Below are positions 26,030 through 38,165 of a stretch of DNA of 64,000 bases, one piece after another (positions within the stretch are counted from its first letter, which is position 1; each line of letters begins with the position of its first letter). The position numbers were made by a program, and so were the translations under genes. The notes beneath the pieces were generated by a model that saw only the letters and a list, made by a program, of their open reading frames with translations, was not told the origin of the DNA and did no database searches. Source of the stretch: Glaucostegus cemiculus (lineage: Eukaryota); contig CDPCPM010000269.1 of the NCBI GenBank assembly GCA_976551045.1, positions 3,968,001 to 4,032,000 of the forward strand. The letters run 5' to 3'.

Positions 26030-26592
26030 ACTTTATGTGGACAAATAACTTCATAAAACATTGGTTAGACCACATATGGTGTATTGTTTGCAGTTCTGGT
26101 CACCACACTACAGGAAAGATGTGATTGCATTGCAGAGAGTACAGAGAAGATTCACCATGCTGTTGCCTGGATCGGAGCATTTCAGCTATCAGGGGAGACT
26201 GGATAGGCTGAAGCGGAGGGGGTAACCTAATAGAGGCCTATAAAATTATGAGGGGGATAGGGTAGACAGTCAATATAATTTTCCCATGGTGGGGGTGTGT
26301 AAAATGAGAGGGCATGTTTGAGGTGAGAGATGGGAGACTTAGAAGGGATCTGAGGAGATTTTTTTCCCCACATAGTGGAAGATTGGAGTCTGGAATGTTG
26401 CCTGAAAAGATGGTGAAAACAGATACTTTCACAACATTCAAGATGCATTTGGATAAGTATTTGAATCACCAAGGCATAGATAACTATGGACTGAATGTGG
26501 GTAAATGGGATGAGTGCAGATAGGTACAATGGGTAGCACGGACATGGGATAAATGGCCCGTTTGTCTGCTCTGTGACTCTAGACCTCTATGG
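26030..26592 (+). mobile_element. CR1 3' fragment
   Basis: aaaacattggttagaccaca..cagttctggtcaccacactacaggaaagatgtg (KTLVRPH..QFWSPHYRKDV) running to a gactcta tail. Confidence 0.9.
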
Positions 26593-26634
26593 AATAAAGA
26601 AATGACTATCCTCTTATCTGGGAAAGATGACTCG

Positions 26635-27400
26635 TGGAATAAGAAATCCTAGCAAATAGTTCCCGTTTCCCATCTGCCTTCCTCATTTCATATATATTCA
26701 TTTCTGCTTGGGTCCATTTCAGCCAAACCCTTTCACTTTTTTTTTCTTTTTAGCTATTTATCTAATTCCCTAATGGTATTCAGGTGAACTGCTTTTGATG
26801 TGTTTCATATCCCAATAACTCTTTGCTTTGAATAAAGATTTTCTAACATGCATTTCTAAATTTTCAAGCTCTTGTTACCAATTCACCGACTAAAGGAAAT
26901 TATCTCCCTCTATTTACTCTCCAGCTCCTCTCAAATATTTGTGACATTTCTTTTGGAGTATCCTTAACCTTCTCTGTTTGAATGAATGATCAAGTTAAGT
27001 CCCTCATTATTATCATCTTTTGATCTTCTTTGGAGGATTTGGTTTCCTTTCTCTTTTATTCAGTTCTAAAATAAATGAAATTTTATACACAGGAAATTAA
27101 GCTTTTGTTCTCTGACTGAAGCTGCAAAACTTCTGAAACACTTCCAAACCCTCCAAAACATTCAATGTATCTAGACCAAGCTTAGCATTCAGAATTCCAT
27201 ATCACCCCTCATACACTATATGTGGTTCCATATCTCAAAATAGTTATTAAGCCAGCAACAGGTTGTGCTCCTTACTGTAATAATATTTTTTTGGGAAAAA
27301 GAGGCTCAAGACACCATGCATGGTAAAATCAGCCTTGCATGCTTTCTGCATACAAAGGTCTTGCCTCCAATAGCTCCTCAAGAAATCATGTAAGTTACAG
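26635..27400 (-). mobile_element. Very old CR1 3' fragment
   Basis: Antisense tail features (tttatctaattccct, ttccatatcccaataactct-like, tctagaccaag). Confidence 0.5.
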
Positions 27401-28411
27401 TGGAATGAGATCAAGCTCTGGGTGAAGAGAGGATCAGAGCTTCAGAGGAGTCAAGGTATCTTGCGCGGAGGGGGAAGCTTGAGTCGTTATTGGCTGTCAA
27501 ATTTGGAAGCACGGAGAAAATGGGAAAGGTGGGGGCTACTGGTTGGTAGCCCAAAGAAAACTAGCAGGAAGGCAGGGTGGGTGAAAGAAAAAGGTTACAA
27601 CTTTAAAGGGGGCCCTCTGCAAGAGGACCCAGTTGCAAAACTATTTGGTGATGGGCCAGGAAAGCCTGCACCTTGTTGAGCAACACAGAGCTAAGACCCC
27701 ACGTCGTAATTGTGAGGCAGGAATACCAACATTTCTTTAAAGCAAGTGACATCCAAATGTGAGTTGAATGTCACTGCTGGTATCTGGATGCTTCCGTGCA
27801 CAAAGGCATCATTAGCATGGAAAATCAAGAGCAAAAATGAGGACCTAGGCAATGGGCATATGAAAGCAAAAGCAAATTCCTTAAATCTGATTGCACAGTG
27901 CAGAGAAGTACAATGGGTCCTGAGATAATTTCACTTGGTGTAAAGGGAATTTTCCTTACAGCCATCTTGAAGGATCTAAAAATAACATCCAGAATTGAAC
28001 AACTTTAACCTTTAGCCTTCAATGCTCCCTTAAAAATATCATCTTTCAGGTTTCTTTTATTTTACCATCTTTGCTGTAACCATCCCTCAGATTCTCCCTT
28101 TTCCATTTTTTTATACCTTCACAAGTTCCATGTTGACTGCCAGCTCATTCTTGAAAACTAATGTTCTATGATCTCCTGCTCCAACCAGTTTTTTTGAATC
28201 TGAAAACAAGTTTCATCGACTTTGATGTTAACTTGCTACTGCATTTAGCATGAACACCCAATTGGAACCCCAGTTAAAAATTGTGAAATTGGCCAGAGAG
28301 ATGTTAGAAACAGCAGAATCTTGCACTAAAATGGGACCCCACTCAATGTGATGCATCTGCCAACACTTTGTGTCAACCTGAGGAGGCATCAGCCCTTAAA
28401 GGCACATTCCC

Positions 28412-28660
28412 ATGGCAGCTAAATATGAGCAAAGTGCACCATGATTGCCACAGAGGAGAGAGATGCTGAAGGACAGGGAAGTGGGGTGGAAGAGGACTGA
28501 CCTATTAATCAATGAAATAACTGCTAGGAGGGAGAACCAGTGTTCTGGAGGAACTTGGATACCAGCCAGGGCCATCATGGGAAGATCCTGGCAAGAGGTG
28601 GGTCCAGCTGTATCCTCCAGATATGTGAACCACCCCCACCCCCACTCACTTTGAGATAGA
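28412..28660 (+). pseudogene. PIF/Harbinger transposon Myb/SANT-like (trihelix) ORF relic
   Basis: One frame reads MAAKYEQSAP*LPQ..LLINEITARRENQCSGGTWIPARAIMGRSWQEVGPAVSSR, fitting the AP-R-F..LLxEVxxRR..AWxEVAxxV pattern of Harbinger Myb proteins. The stop is a plausible CGA>TGA. Confidence 0.55.
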
Positions 28661-29129
28661 CGCCACTGAGGCATATGCAATTTAAGGTCAAGACCAGTGT
28701 CCACATTCTGGTGCCTTGACTGTGTTGTCCGTGGGGACTAAGAACATTGTTTTTCAACTCAAGACATTGCCAAGCAGCTGCAAAAGATCTCTGCAAGGCA
28801 GAAATAAATGTTGTGGGTAGTGACTTCTTTAGGTAGTGACTTCTTTAGGAGTGTTACTGACACAGAAAAAGTGTCAATCTTGCAAAGGTGAATTATACAC
28901 AGAATAGTCAGGTCCAATTTCTGAACGGGCGTGATTTCACTTGGGGAAAATCACTTATATGTGATTTGCACTTTAAAACAAAACAAGCACTAAAAGGTAC
29001 TATTTGTCGGCACTTGCCTCTTTTCATCGTACTTTCTCCTTGTAATCAACTGAAAATTGATTACAAAAATCAACAGAATGAATCTTCACCGAGGCTTTAG
29101 TTCAGCAATGCATGATATATCACCTTCAG

Positions 29130-29500
29130 TTTAAGTGTGGCCAAATTTTTAGTACTTACTTCTTAATGATCTATTTCTCCTTCATTTTCTTTGCTTCAAT
29201 AACTGATATTGGCAGCACCTTCTTATTGTTAATGGTGGATGCAAAGTCTTCATTTAGTGTCTTACCCAAGCCCTCTGCCTTCATCATTTCATCATTAATA
29301 AGTCACATCAATTCCCTTGCTTCATTTTTTTCCCGGTTATTTTCATTTTTCAATTCTTCTCTGCACTTTCTGTATTCAGCTTGTTTCTATAATAAACTGA
29401 ATTATGAGTTTGCCATGTGTTATAAGCCTCTATACTTCTCTTTTATTTCAACCTTTAAACCTTTGGTCATCCACAGAACTATATCTTTTTCCCCAAGTAT
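29130..29500 (-). mobile_element. Old CR1 ORF2 internal fragment
   Basis: Antisense pre-RT region (aatggtggatgcaaagtcttcatttagt reads as minus-strand LNEDFASTI-like). It explains the F/S-rich 170-aa plus ORF. Confidence 0.5.
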
Positions 29501-29777
29501 GACAGGTTGGGCAGTCCCGTTCAGAAACAAAACAAGTGGACAAATCAGAGCTCTTCTTCCAAAATTGGATAGGCTGCTGGAATTAGAGGTGCAAAACAAA
29601 ATATTGGAAGACCACTGGGAATGACCAAAAGGAAGGCAGATGTATTACTACACAAGAGCTCCCAAGCAGGAGCAGTGCACCAAAACCACCAAGGGGACTC
29701 TTTCACTGAAGAATATGCACATTCAGAAGGATGTTCCACTTGTCCTGGGAAATGAGAACACCACATCTTGATTTCAG

Positions 29778-30068
29778 TTTCATGGTGAGGCGGGTAAATT
29801 CAAAGGAGAGGTGGGGCAATTTTTTTTTACAGAGTGCCTGGAATGTGCTGCCAGTGGTGGTTGTGGAGGCAAATATGGTAGAGGGTTTGAAGAGGCTCTT
29901 GGAGGGGCACATATATGTGTGGGAATGGAGGGATACATTGTGTAGGCAGAAGGGATTAGTTTAGTTAAGCATTTAATTGCTAGTTTAATTAGTTGGGCAC
30001 ATCATGAGCTGAAGGGCTTGTTTCCTGTGCTGTACTGTTCTCTGTTCTGTAACTACTGGCTTGTTTTG
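29778..30068 (+). mobile_element. CR1 3' fragment, copy A
   Basis: ORF FFLQSAWNVLPVVVVEAN..FKRLL-like; tail tgtactgttctctgttct. Confidence 0.9.
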
Positions 30069-30204
30069 ATTTGTGGGAACCACAATCTTTTAGGACTGCT
30101 TAGGAAGGAGTATCAGTGATGCTAGTATTTCAAGAACATTGAGCTGAAATCAAGCAGACCAAGACTGGATGGTCATTTAATTTTCTTTGTCCTGTGCCTC
30201 ATCA

Positions 30205-30390
30205 CTTCCTCCGGGTGCTTCGGCTTCCTCCCACATTCAGAAGACGTCGGGGTTAGGAAGTTGTGGGCATGCTATGTTGGCACCGGAAGCATGCCGATAC
30301 TTGTGGGCTGTCCCCAGAACTCTCCACGCAAGGATGCATTTCACTGTGTGTTTTGATATACATGTGACTAATAAAGAAATCTTATCTTAA
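30205..30390 (+). mobile_element. 5'-truncated V-SINE with Rex1-like tail
   Basis: ttcctccgggtgcttcggcttcctcccacatt..atgcatttcactgtgtgttttgatatacatgtgactaataaagaaatcttatctta. Confidence 0.9.
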
Positions 30391-30444
30391 AGATAGGATT
30401 TGACAACAGTAATTGTTCCTTTGTTGTTATCATCTCTTTAAGGA

Positions 30445-30963
30445 CTAACTAGGGTGCAGAAGAGGTTTACCACGATGCTGCCTGGATTAGTGGATGTGCT
30501 ATGAGGAGGGGTTAGACAAACTTGGATTGTTTTCTCCGGAGTGGCAGAGGCTGAGGGGACAACTGATTGAAGTTTATAAGATTGAGGGGCATAGATGGAA
30601 TAGACAGCCAGTATCTTTTTCTCAGGGTTGAAATACCGAATGCAAGAGGGCATGCATTTAAGGTGAGGGGGATAAATTCAAAGGAGATGTGTGGGGCAAG
30701 TTTTTTTTTACAGAGTGATGTGTGCCTGGAATGTGCTGCCGAGGGTGGTAGTGGAGGCAAATACAGTAGAAGCTTTGAAGAGGCTCTTGCGTAGGCACAT
30801 GAATGTGCAGAGAATGGAGGGATGTGGACATTATGTACGCAGAAGGGATTAGTTTAGTTAGGCATTTAATTGCTAGTTTAATTAGTATGCCACAACATTA
30901 TGGGCTGAAGGGTCTGTTCCTATACTGTACTGTTCTCTGTTCTGTAACTACTGGCTTGTTTTG
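30445..30963 (+). mobile_element. CR1 3' fragment, copy B
   Basis: agggtgcagaagaggtttaccacgatgctgcctggattag running to the same tail as copy A. Confidence 0.9.
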
Positions 30964-32051
30964 CTTTAGTGCTTGATGAGAGAAGTTATAGTTGGAGGCT
31001 GTTTCAGAGGAAGAAACTGCAAGGATCCCTGCAAGCTCTGTAAACTTTAACAAGTACAAGTGTTTTTGTTGATAGTTAAAGTACCAACTAATTCCAGTAT
31101 GCAAAAGAGTGAACAGGAGAGATACTGAGACAGTAATATCAGTGCAGAAACCAGATTAGCCTTCAGGCGAAAATTCAGTTTGAATTATATTCAAAATCTG
31201 TTTCTTATCAGTGTTTATGCGATTTTTGTGTAATTGGGGAGGAATATGGCTCACATCGGCCAGATGACAAGTGTACTGGATGATACGACTTTGATACATT
31301 ATTGTACCAGCCTGTTCTTCAAGTTTAGTGACATGAAAAGCAAATTTATTTCTGAAGTATATTTGGGAATAGAAGAAGATTAGAAATCTAGTGAGGTTTG
31401 CTTTTTATATATTCAACCACAGTGGTTGAGTAAGCCATTTTTACAGATGGTGGCTTTTGAATAAAAGCACCAAATCAATTGTTATTTTCTGTAACACAGC
31501 AGGAAGACATTTGTAGAAGTTATACTTTGGAGCTTTTTATTTGAGGTGGCAACATCAAAGATTGAGCTGGCAGTCACCTTGAGATGACATTAGCACGATT
31601 GCTTCTTGTCTTGTGCAGTATCTTTATAGATTGCACAGTCTCCCTTTTTATCAGAAACAGATTAGAGAGGTCAGCAGTTTGGTAAGAGAAATCTTGAGGT
31701 GCATGCAGAAGATAGCAAAGAGAAAGACTGATTACTTATTGCAGTATCTTTATTCTTTGAACTGCAATCTCTGCACAAAATATCATCTGCCTCAACACTT
31801 TGACCAAAGGATTGTGGATGTGGAAGATTTTATTCACTATTAGGTGTTGATCAAAGAGTAGCTGAAAGATCCAAACATTTTAACATAACATGACACACAA
31901 AAGAAAAATGAAGTTCCTTGCATGGTTGGAAGAATGAAATAAGTGAACTATATGGAGAAGTGTGCATATTTCTCTGTACTGTGGATGACTACACAGGAGC
32001 ATTGCCATTTTGCTGTGAGCAGGAGGCTTAAACACTAATATGCAGCTGATA

Positions 32052-32054
<3 letters not shown>

Positions 32055-32128
<74 letters not shown>
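32055..32128. repeat. (CA)n microsatellite, about 37 units
   Basis: Directly visible perfect dinucleotide run. Confidence 0.98.
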
Positions 32129-32130
<2 letters not shown>

Positions 32131-32132
<2 letters not shown>

Positions 32133-32202
32133 CAAAATAATCGTGCATCAGGTTTATAACATACAAGTGTTCGTGTGACATTATCTTGATGAAAAGCCAC
32201 AC
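32131..32202 (+). repeat. Left copy of long-range inverted duplicate (perfect 30-bp core 32173-32202)
   Basis: gtgtgacattatcttgatgaaaagccacac is the exact reverse complement of 38166-38195. Confidence 0.9.
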
Positions 32203-32523
32203 CTTAAAATTATGCTGACAGCTGTTGGAATTTCTCAAAGTTTGTGTGAGATTGTTGTAATGTTAGCAGGATGGTGACACACTTTTCCCTCACCTCCTTG
32301 TAAAGCATCTAGTAAGTGAAGCACAGCAGAAGAACTCAAATTCATATGACAGCTCATTATCATTAATCCAAACATAACTTGAATAGGCAGACAGTGGCCT
32401 TATGTAATTCCATTCTCTGTATCTGTGCACAGAAACTTTCAATTTTTCAAAAAAGACTGAATGAAACCAAACGTTTCACCAAAGAAATGAGGATCTAGAA
32501 ATTCTTATGCATCTCCAAAGCCC

Positions 32524-32610
32524 CAGATGCTGCTCAACCTGCTGAATGACTCCAGCAAAATGTTTGTTGCTCCAAATTCCAGCAAATGCATTCTCTTATC
32601 TCTCTCTTCC
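32524..32610 (+). mobile_element. Single arm of the Penelope-derived mini-element
   Basis: cagatgctgctcaacctgctgaatgactccagca..tgttgctccaaattccagca. Confidence 0.7.
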
Positions 32611-33449
32611 ATAAAGCTGAAGTCATTTTGCAAATAGAAGAGGCCTTGGATACTGTATGCACACAAAGCCTTTGCCTTTACAAACTCTATAATTCCAACT
32701 CTGGTGGGCAATCAATTGTAAGGGTTAATGGGAAGAACTGGGACACCATTAGATGTCTTTACAAATTCCTGTCACCTCTGTCTCTAATTACAACCTTTTC
32801 TACAGTGGGGCCAATATTAATTTAATAACGTTTGGATTTTACGCATCAAGTCATGGATCATTTGAACGATGGGATTTTTATGGTAACCGATTTGGAAATT
32901 CCATTACTTACGTGTTCATGTTTTCTGCTATCTGAGGCATTCTATACAGTCGATAGCCTTCATGTTACCAAAATATTGCTGGAAACATTTTGGTTCAGCA
33001 TCCTGCTAGATCTCGAACATGAAGGATCCTGTAAAAATAGTTCTGCTTGGCAATTTATTTTGTGACTAAATATTGGTGAATTCAGAGGATTGTCCTTGAG
33101 ATTTAGTGCTTTTCCACTTTGCAGTCAGTGTTAGAATTGAATAATTTTAGGCCAGTTTTGCCTCTGGCCAGATCAAATGCAGCATAGCCATTTGAATCAA
33201 ACCTGGTATAAATCTGAACCCAGGTCCCTAAAGAGACAACATTATGTTTAAACAATAAAGCACTCAGTCCTTTCCTGGTGAAGTTTTGCAGAGTTTGATG
33301 TGACTCTGCAGGACAATTTAATTTTCATTGCTATAGATAACCCATGATTCTATTGGACATATGATATATTCCTGGTGAAAGTACATTATGGAGATTATGA
33401 AGTCATTGCAATAATATAATAACTTCTCCAAGGCAGGTAACTGAGGATG

Positions 33450-34065
33450 TCAAGTGGCAACATGGCAAGGATGGGGAGCATGACTTAAAGGAATGCAAGA
33501 CCAGAGAGACGTGAAGGGTGTTTGAAAGTGTGGCAAGTTAACAAAATAGTTAGTAGAGCACATGGCATGTTGGGCTTTGGAAATACAATGCAAAACACAA
33601 GAAGCTACACTAAAAAAAATGTAATTCATTCAATTCCAGTTGGACTCAAACTGTTGTGTCCTCTTCCGGGGAACACAGTTTGTAGAGGCTTTTTGATTAG
33701 TGCGCAAGAGTTTTACTAAAATGGTTCCAAGGTTAAGGAATGCTCTGGTGTGGGGAGATTAGACATGGTCTTGTTGCTCTCCTTTGAGCAGGGAAGGTTT
33801 AAAGGACATTTGATGGAGGTGCTTAAAATCAGTTAAATGGAGCATATAAAGAGAAACGGCTTCCAAGACCTGAAGCATCAAGGAGATGTGGGGAAACACT
33901 CACTGATACGGTGACTGGGTAGAATTTGGACAGAATAATGGATTCAGGCTTTATTGTAGAGAGAATCAAACAGATAAGTGAAGGAAATAAAACTCCAGGG
34001 ATTTTCAGGGAAGACTCAAAGGGCCAAGTGGCCTCCTTACGTGCTGCCTTACTATAAATCTATGG
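33450..34065 (+). mobile_element. Old CR1 3' fragment
   Basis: QVNKIVSRAHGMLGF motif and gggccaagtggcctcctt tail. Confidence 0.7.
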
Positions 34066-34211
34066 CTGAATAGATAGGTATGGAAAAGGAACTTGAAGGT
34101 GGGCTGAGACAGATTTGGGAAGAGGACAGCAGAGAATGAGTTGGGCTGCAGAAAGGTACTGCAAGGGAGAGAGGGATGCAAGAAGGTCAGAATCTAGAAG
34201 CTATCGGCTGA

Positions 34212-34410
34212 AGACACACGAGACGGCACCTGCTGTAGTCTGGAACAAATAGTAAGCTGCTGGAGGAACTCAGTGGGTTGAGCAGCATCTGTGGGTGGGG
34301 AGCGGAGGGGTGGAATGAATTGTCACTGTTTCAGGTCAAGACCCCACATCAGGACTTTATCCCGACAGATGCTGCTTGGCCTGTTGAGAACCTCTCGCAG
34401 TTTGGTTTTC
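34212..34410. mobile_element. Penelope-derived palindromic mini-element, partly deleted
   Basis: gctggaggaactcagtgggttgagcagcatctgtgg .. cagatgctgcttggcctgttgagaacctc. Minus strand agtcCTGATGT..gggtcttgacctGAAAC. Confidence 0.7.
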
Positions 34411-34649
34411 GCAGTAGGCTAGAGCGAACCCAAAGTCGGAGTTTGTGATAAAAAAGACAGATCTTAGAGCTCTGGGCAAATCTTGTGCTGTGACCTTATT
34501 GTTGACAATACCTTCCAGTGGGTGTGTGCACAAAAATAAACTTGGCTTCTCACACAGATCTGCACGCAGTTTAAACATCTGAATCACGAGTGGTTGGTAT
34601 TTGAATACGTTGAATGGTGCTGTTGTGATCTTCTAAGGTAACAGCACAG

Positions 34650-35000
34650 AAAAGGCCCTCACTGTGCATCATGCCTGTGGTGGAATATGATTTTGAATTT
34701 AATTTGTTGGGCAACGGGGAGCTGGTAGAAGTCAATGAAACTATGATGATAAGTGAGTGGGCTGAGGAAGAGGATTTGGATGCTGAAGGATTTGATTTAA
34801 TTAGCATTTATACCGCATGTGGCTCATGAGGGAAATAATAATCAAAGAAACTGCTTGAGTTGATAAGGGCTTGAATAAGATTTACAGCTCGAGTGAAATG
34901 ATCCAAATGTGAAAGCAAGCAATGGTGCAGAAGCAGAAGAAGGCAATTAAAGATTGGGTTGCTCCAAGTTCTGTGTAGGTTTGAACAGGAAGAGGCTAAA
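34650..35000 (-). mobile_element. Very old L2-like LINE fragment
   Basis: Purine-rich antisense motifs (tgataagggcttgaataagatttacagc). Confidence 0.35.
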
Positions 35001-36084
35001 GCTGTATTTTCTGTCCCTATTTAATTAATTTTATTTTGATCAAAAAATCTACTCGAATTTAAGTGATGGCTGCCCTCTCCCACTACGTTCTGTGGAAACT
35101 GGGCCAGGCTGATAGAACTGGAAGTTCATCTCGGTTAATATCTTCATTCAAGGTACAAAATGAATTGTACAGTGCTGTAATGAACGGGCAGAACCAAAGT
35201 CGTGTGCAGATTTATTTGCCTGTTGTTGAGTAAATGCTGCCTAGTTTTCCCATAATCGGACTATAGAAGAATTGTATTTCTCCTGCATGCTTTAGGTCTG
35301 GGAAAAACATTCAAACCCCTGCAAGTGAAGTGGACCTCACACCATCCAATTCCAACACCGTAAATTATGCCAAATCTGAGTAGTTCCAGCATTCTTTGTT
35401 TTTACTTACTACAACTTGAAAATCCTGAAAGAGACTTTCAGAGGTTTCTTTCAGAAGGCTGTTGTCTCTGACAAAGATCTCTCTGAAATAGCTATTTTGG
35501 GCTTTTGTGAACTGATTTTTCTTGCAACTTTTCCAATATTTTGTGCATGTAGTGTCTATGGTTTGAGGATACCTGAGTGTATTGGACGTTACGATTTTGA
35601 TGCATTATTATACAAGCCTGCTCTTCAAGTTTAATAACTACAATAAGGGATATTCTGTTGGTAGCTCTACCTTTGCTTTTGCCTTTGTAAGCAGCAAGAC
35701 TAATGACCCAAATGAATATGTAGTGCTTGACAAATAAAGGGAAGGATGTGAATAATGGAAGCCCTCACTGCTGCATCAAGCCTTGGAAGACATCTCAAAA
35801 ATTCACCATTCTGTAAGAAAAAGACTTAACAACAGTGAAAATAAATCCAACACCTATTTGGGGAAGAAAATAATTTTGGGAGCATCCTTACAGAAGCATT
35901 TCCTACTTGTATCTTAGTGCTCAGACTTCCCATGGTACACTGTGGTTTACCCCATGGGATTAGGTAGGGTGGTGGACGGTGGTGGGTTATTCCTCTGCTG
36001 GAGTCATGGCCACTTCCAGGAGTTACTGGGAAGTAAGTAAGAGCTCAAGGTGTTTAAGTTCTTTATTCTACCATCCTTACTCAG

Positions 36085-36200
36085 CAGTGATGAAGCCTGT
36101 CACAGTGTTTGCAGTCCTGGTTGATATCAGCTAAGCCCGGACATTATGTGGAACAAGGTGATCTCAGTCTGGTTTGTATAGCTTAGTACGATGTCACTGG
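36085..36200 (-). mobile_element. LF-SINE-like head relic
   Basis: cctggttgatatcagctaa..ctggtttgtatagcttagtac resembles an antisense LF-SINE 5' part (from recall). Confidence 0.4.
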
Positions 36201-36704
36201 GAAAAGTTACCCAGTGTAGCCACTAGCAATGGGGAATATGACAACCATCTCTTCTGAAAGATACCTACAAAGATGGTTTGCCATGATGCTGCACTGATTA
36301 ATCAGAGTTCTTGAACAATTTTCAACTCTTCCTGCAGTGCACAATAATGGAAACTTGTCAAGCCATCTCCATGCAGAATGATTCACGTGTGAAATTACAA
36401 AACCAATTTGACAGGAAGCAGGCAATTGCCTTCAATGAGCTCAGATTTCCTTTTGTTCTTATCAGACGAATGCCATTCCCAAAATGCTTTTTCTCGTTGC
36501 ATTATAATCAACCCTCTCTGATGTTACCATAGCATCGTGCTGCGTTCCAGCAGCTATACTAACTACTGAATTGGAGAATTCTCTCGTCTCAAGATTGCTG
36601 CTTAAGATTGCATCTCTGTGAAATGCTGGGGTGCAGAATGTGTAGAAAATGTGCCAGCATACCTCATCAATTGAGCCAATGTTACATCATCTTTCTGTGG
36701 CTGG

Positions 36705-36905
36705 AGACATAAGAAGCAGAAGCAGGTATTGGACACAAACCTCCTAGAGCCTGCTGTGCCATTTGACAAGGTCATAGCTGAGCTGCTGCGTAATTCCACC
36801 TCATGCTGATTCCCATATCTCTTGATTCCCCTTGGCTGAATGTCTTGATTCATGATGACTAAACATCTGCAGCCTTCCTTGGTAGGATATACTATTCACT
36901 CATGA
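36705..36905 (-). mobile_element. CR1 3' end fragment
   Basis: acataagaagcagaagcaggtattgg..cctcctagagcctgctgtgccatt..catagctga is an antisense CR1 tail. Confidence 0.75.
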
Positions 36906-37006
36906 ACAAAAAGCAGTGTGTGTTTTGGAATCATGCTAATTAAAATGTGCAAAAAAAATAGTATCTGAACAGCGTTTGTTCCATTTGCATTATTTGTTTT
37001 AAACTA

Positions 37007-37302
37007 GGGGACGGCATGGTAGCATAGTGGTTAGCGCAATGCTTTACAGCGCCAGCAACCTGGGTTCAAATCCGGCTACTGTCCGTAAGGATTTTGTACG
37101 TTCTCCCTGTGTCTGTGTGGGTTTCCTCCGGGTGCTCCAGTTTCCTCCCACTTTCCAAAGACTTACAGGTTAGGAAGTTATGGGCATGCTATGTTGGCGC
37201 TGGAAGCGTGGCGACACTTATGGGCTGCCCCCCAGAATCAATATTGCAAAAGATGCATTTTGCTGTGTGTTTCGATGTACATGTGACTAATAAAGATCTT
37301 AT
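37007..37302 (+). mobile_element. Full-length V-SINE with Rex1-like tail
   Basis: ggggacggcatggtagcatagtggttagcgcaatg..gggttcaaatcc..gatgtacatgtgactaataaagatctta. Confidence 0.92.
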
Positions 37303-38165
37303 GTGAAATCTATGTTCAAACAGTTGATCACATCACCCAATACTGACAATCCAATGTTCCTAATGAGTTGTCCAATGCTTGAAAGTAAATTTTCCAGTTG
37401 CACTCTGCTGCTGTGGAATTCGAACAAGTTTCAAGTTGCTTGTGTTTTTGGATAAAGCAAGTTCTAGTGTTGCTTTAAAAAAATGTCTGCCTCATAGAAG
37501 GATGCTCGTGCTAGTCATTCCAGTTTACTACAATCCACCGAGCTGCTTCCATTCTGATTCTTACTCATTGTGACATAGCTCTTCACCGCTATGTCACAAT
37601 GAAGAAGAGAAATTGTACCAAGCCAACCAATACTAAATTATTAAAATGAAGGCTTGTATTTCCATCTTCCTGATGGGTGTCATCCTCAGGCACTCTTTTT
37701 CCTGTCACTATCACCTTGTTTAACGGTATTTCTAACTACTCTGCAAATGCAAAGAAAAATGAAAATAAGAATTATAGGTATGAAATAGGACTATACACAA
37801 AAGATATATCATGCAGCTGTTATGATGCCATATTTATATAGCAGTTGGGTTGGATGGAAGAAAAATCTATCACTGTGCACTTGGAAGTAAGAGTGGTCCC
37901 CAGTTATACTATAGATGTTTAAATAGTATTGAAGAGATGTTTACTATTGTGCAGTCTTGATTCCTACCTTAACCCCAGAAGTTTATTTTAATTTGAAGTC
38001 TAGTCACGAGGACTTGTCTGTACAGTGACATCCAATATATCACAAAAGCCATGTAAGTAATCTTATATGCTGTATGTCATGGTCACAGGAATTGTACTTC
38101 TCCAGAATTTAATGGTTTTATGCAATGTGGTAGCTATTTTGTCATTGTTGTTGTTCTGTGTGGGT

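Noticed and set aside
28816-28849. 16-bp tandem duplication (similar 19-bp at 57095-57139 and 11-bp near 60370)
   Set aside because: Ordinary slippage micro-duplications with no other supporting signal.
29112-29624. 170-aa hydrophobic ORF as a membrane protein
   Set aside because: Its F/S/L richness comes from reading A-rich CR1 ORF2 in antisense.
31880-32238. ORFs with (CV)n repeats
   Set aside because: These are translations of the (CA)n microsatellite.
37007-37080. tRNA gene (A and B boxes)
   Set aside because: It is a SINE head with no complete cloverleaf, continuing into the V core and LINE-like tail. The same applies to the other copies.
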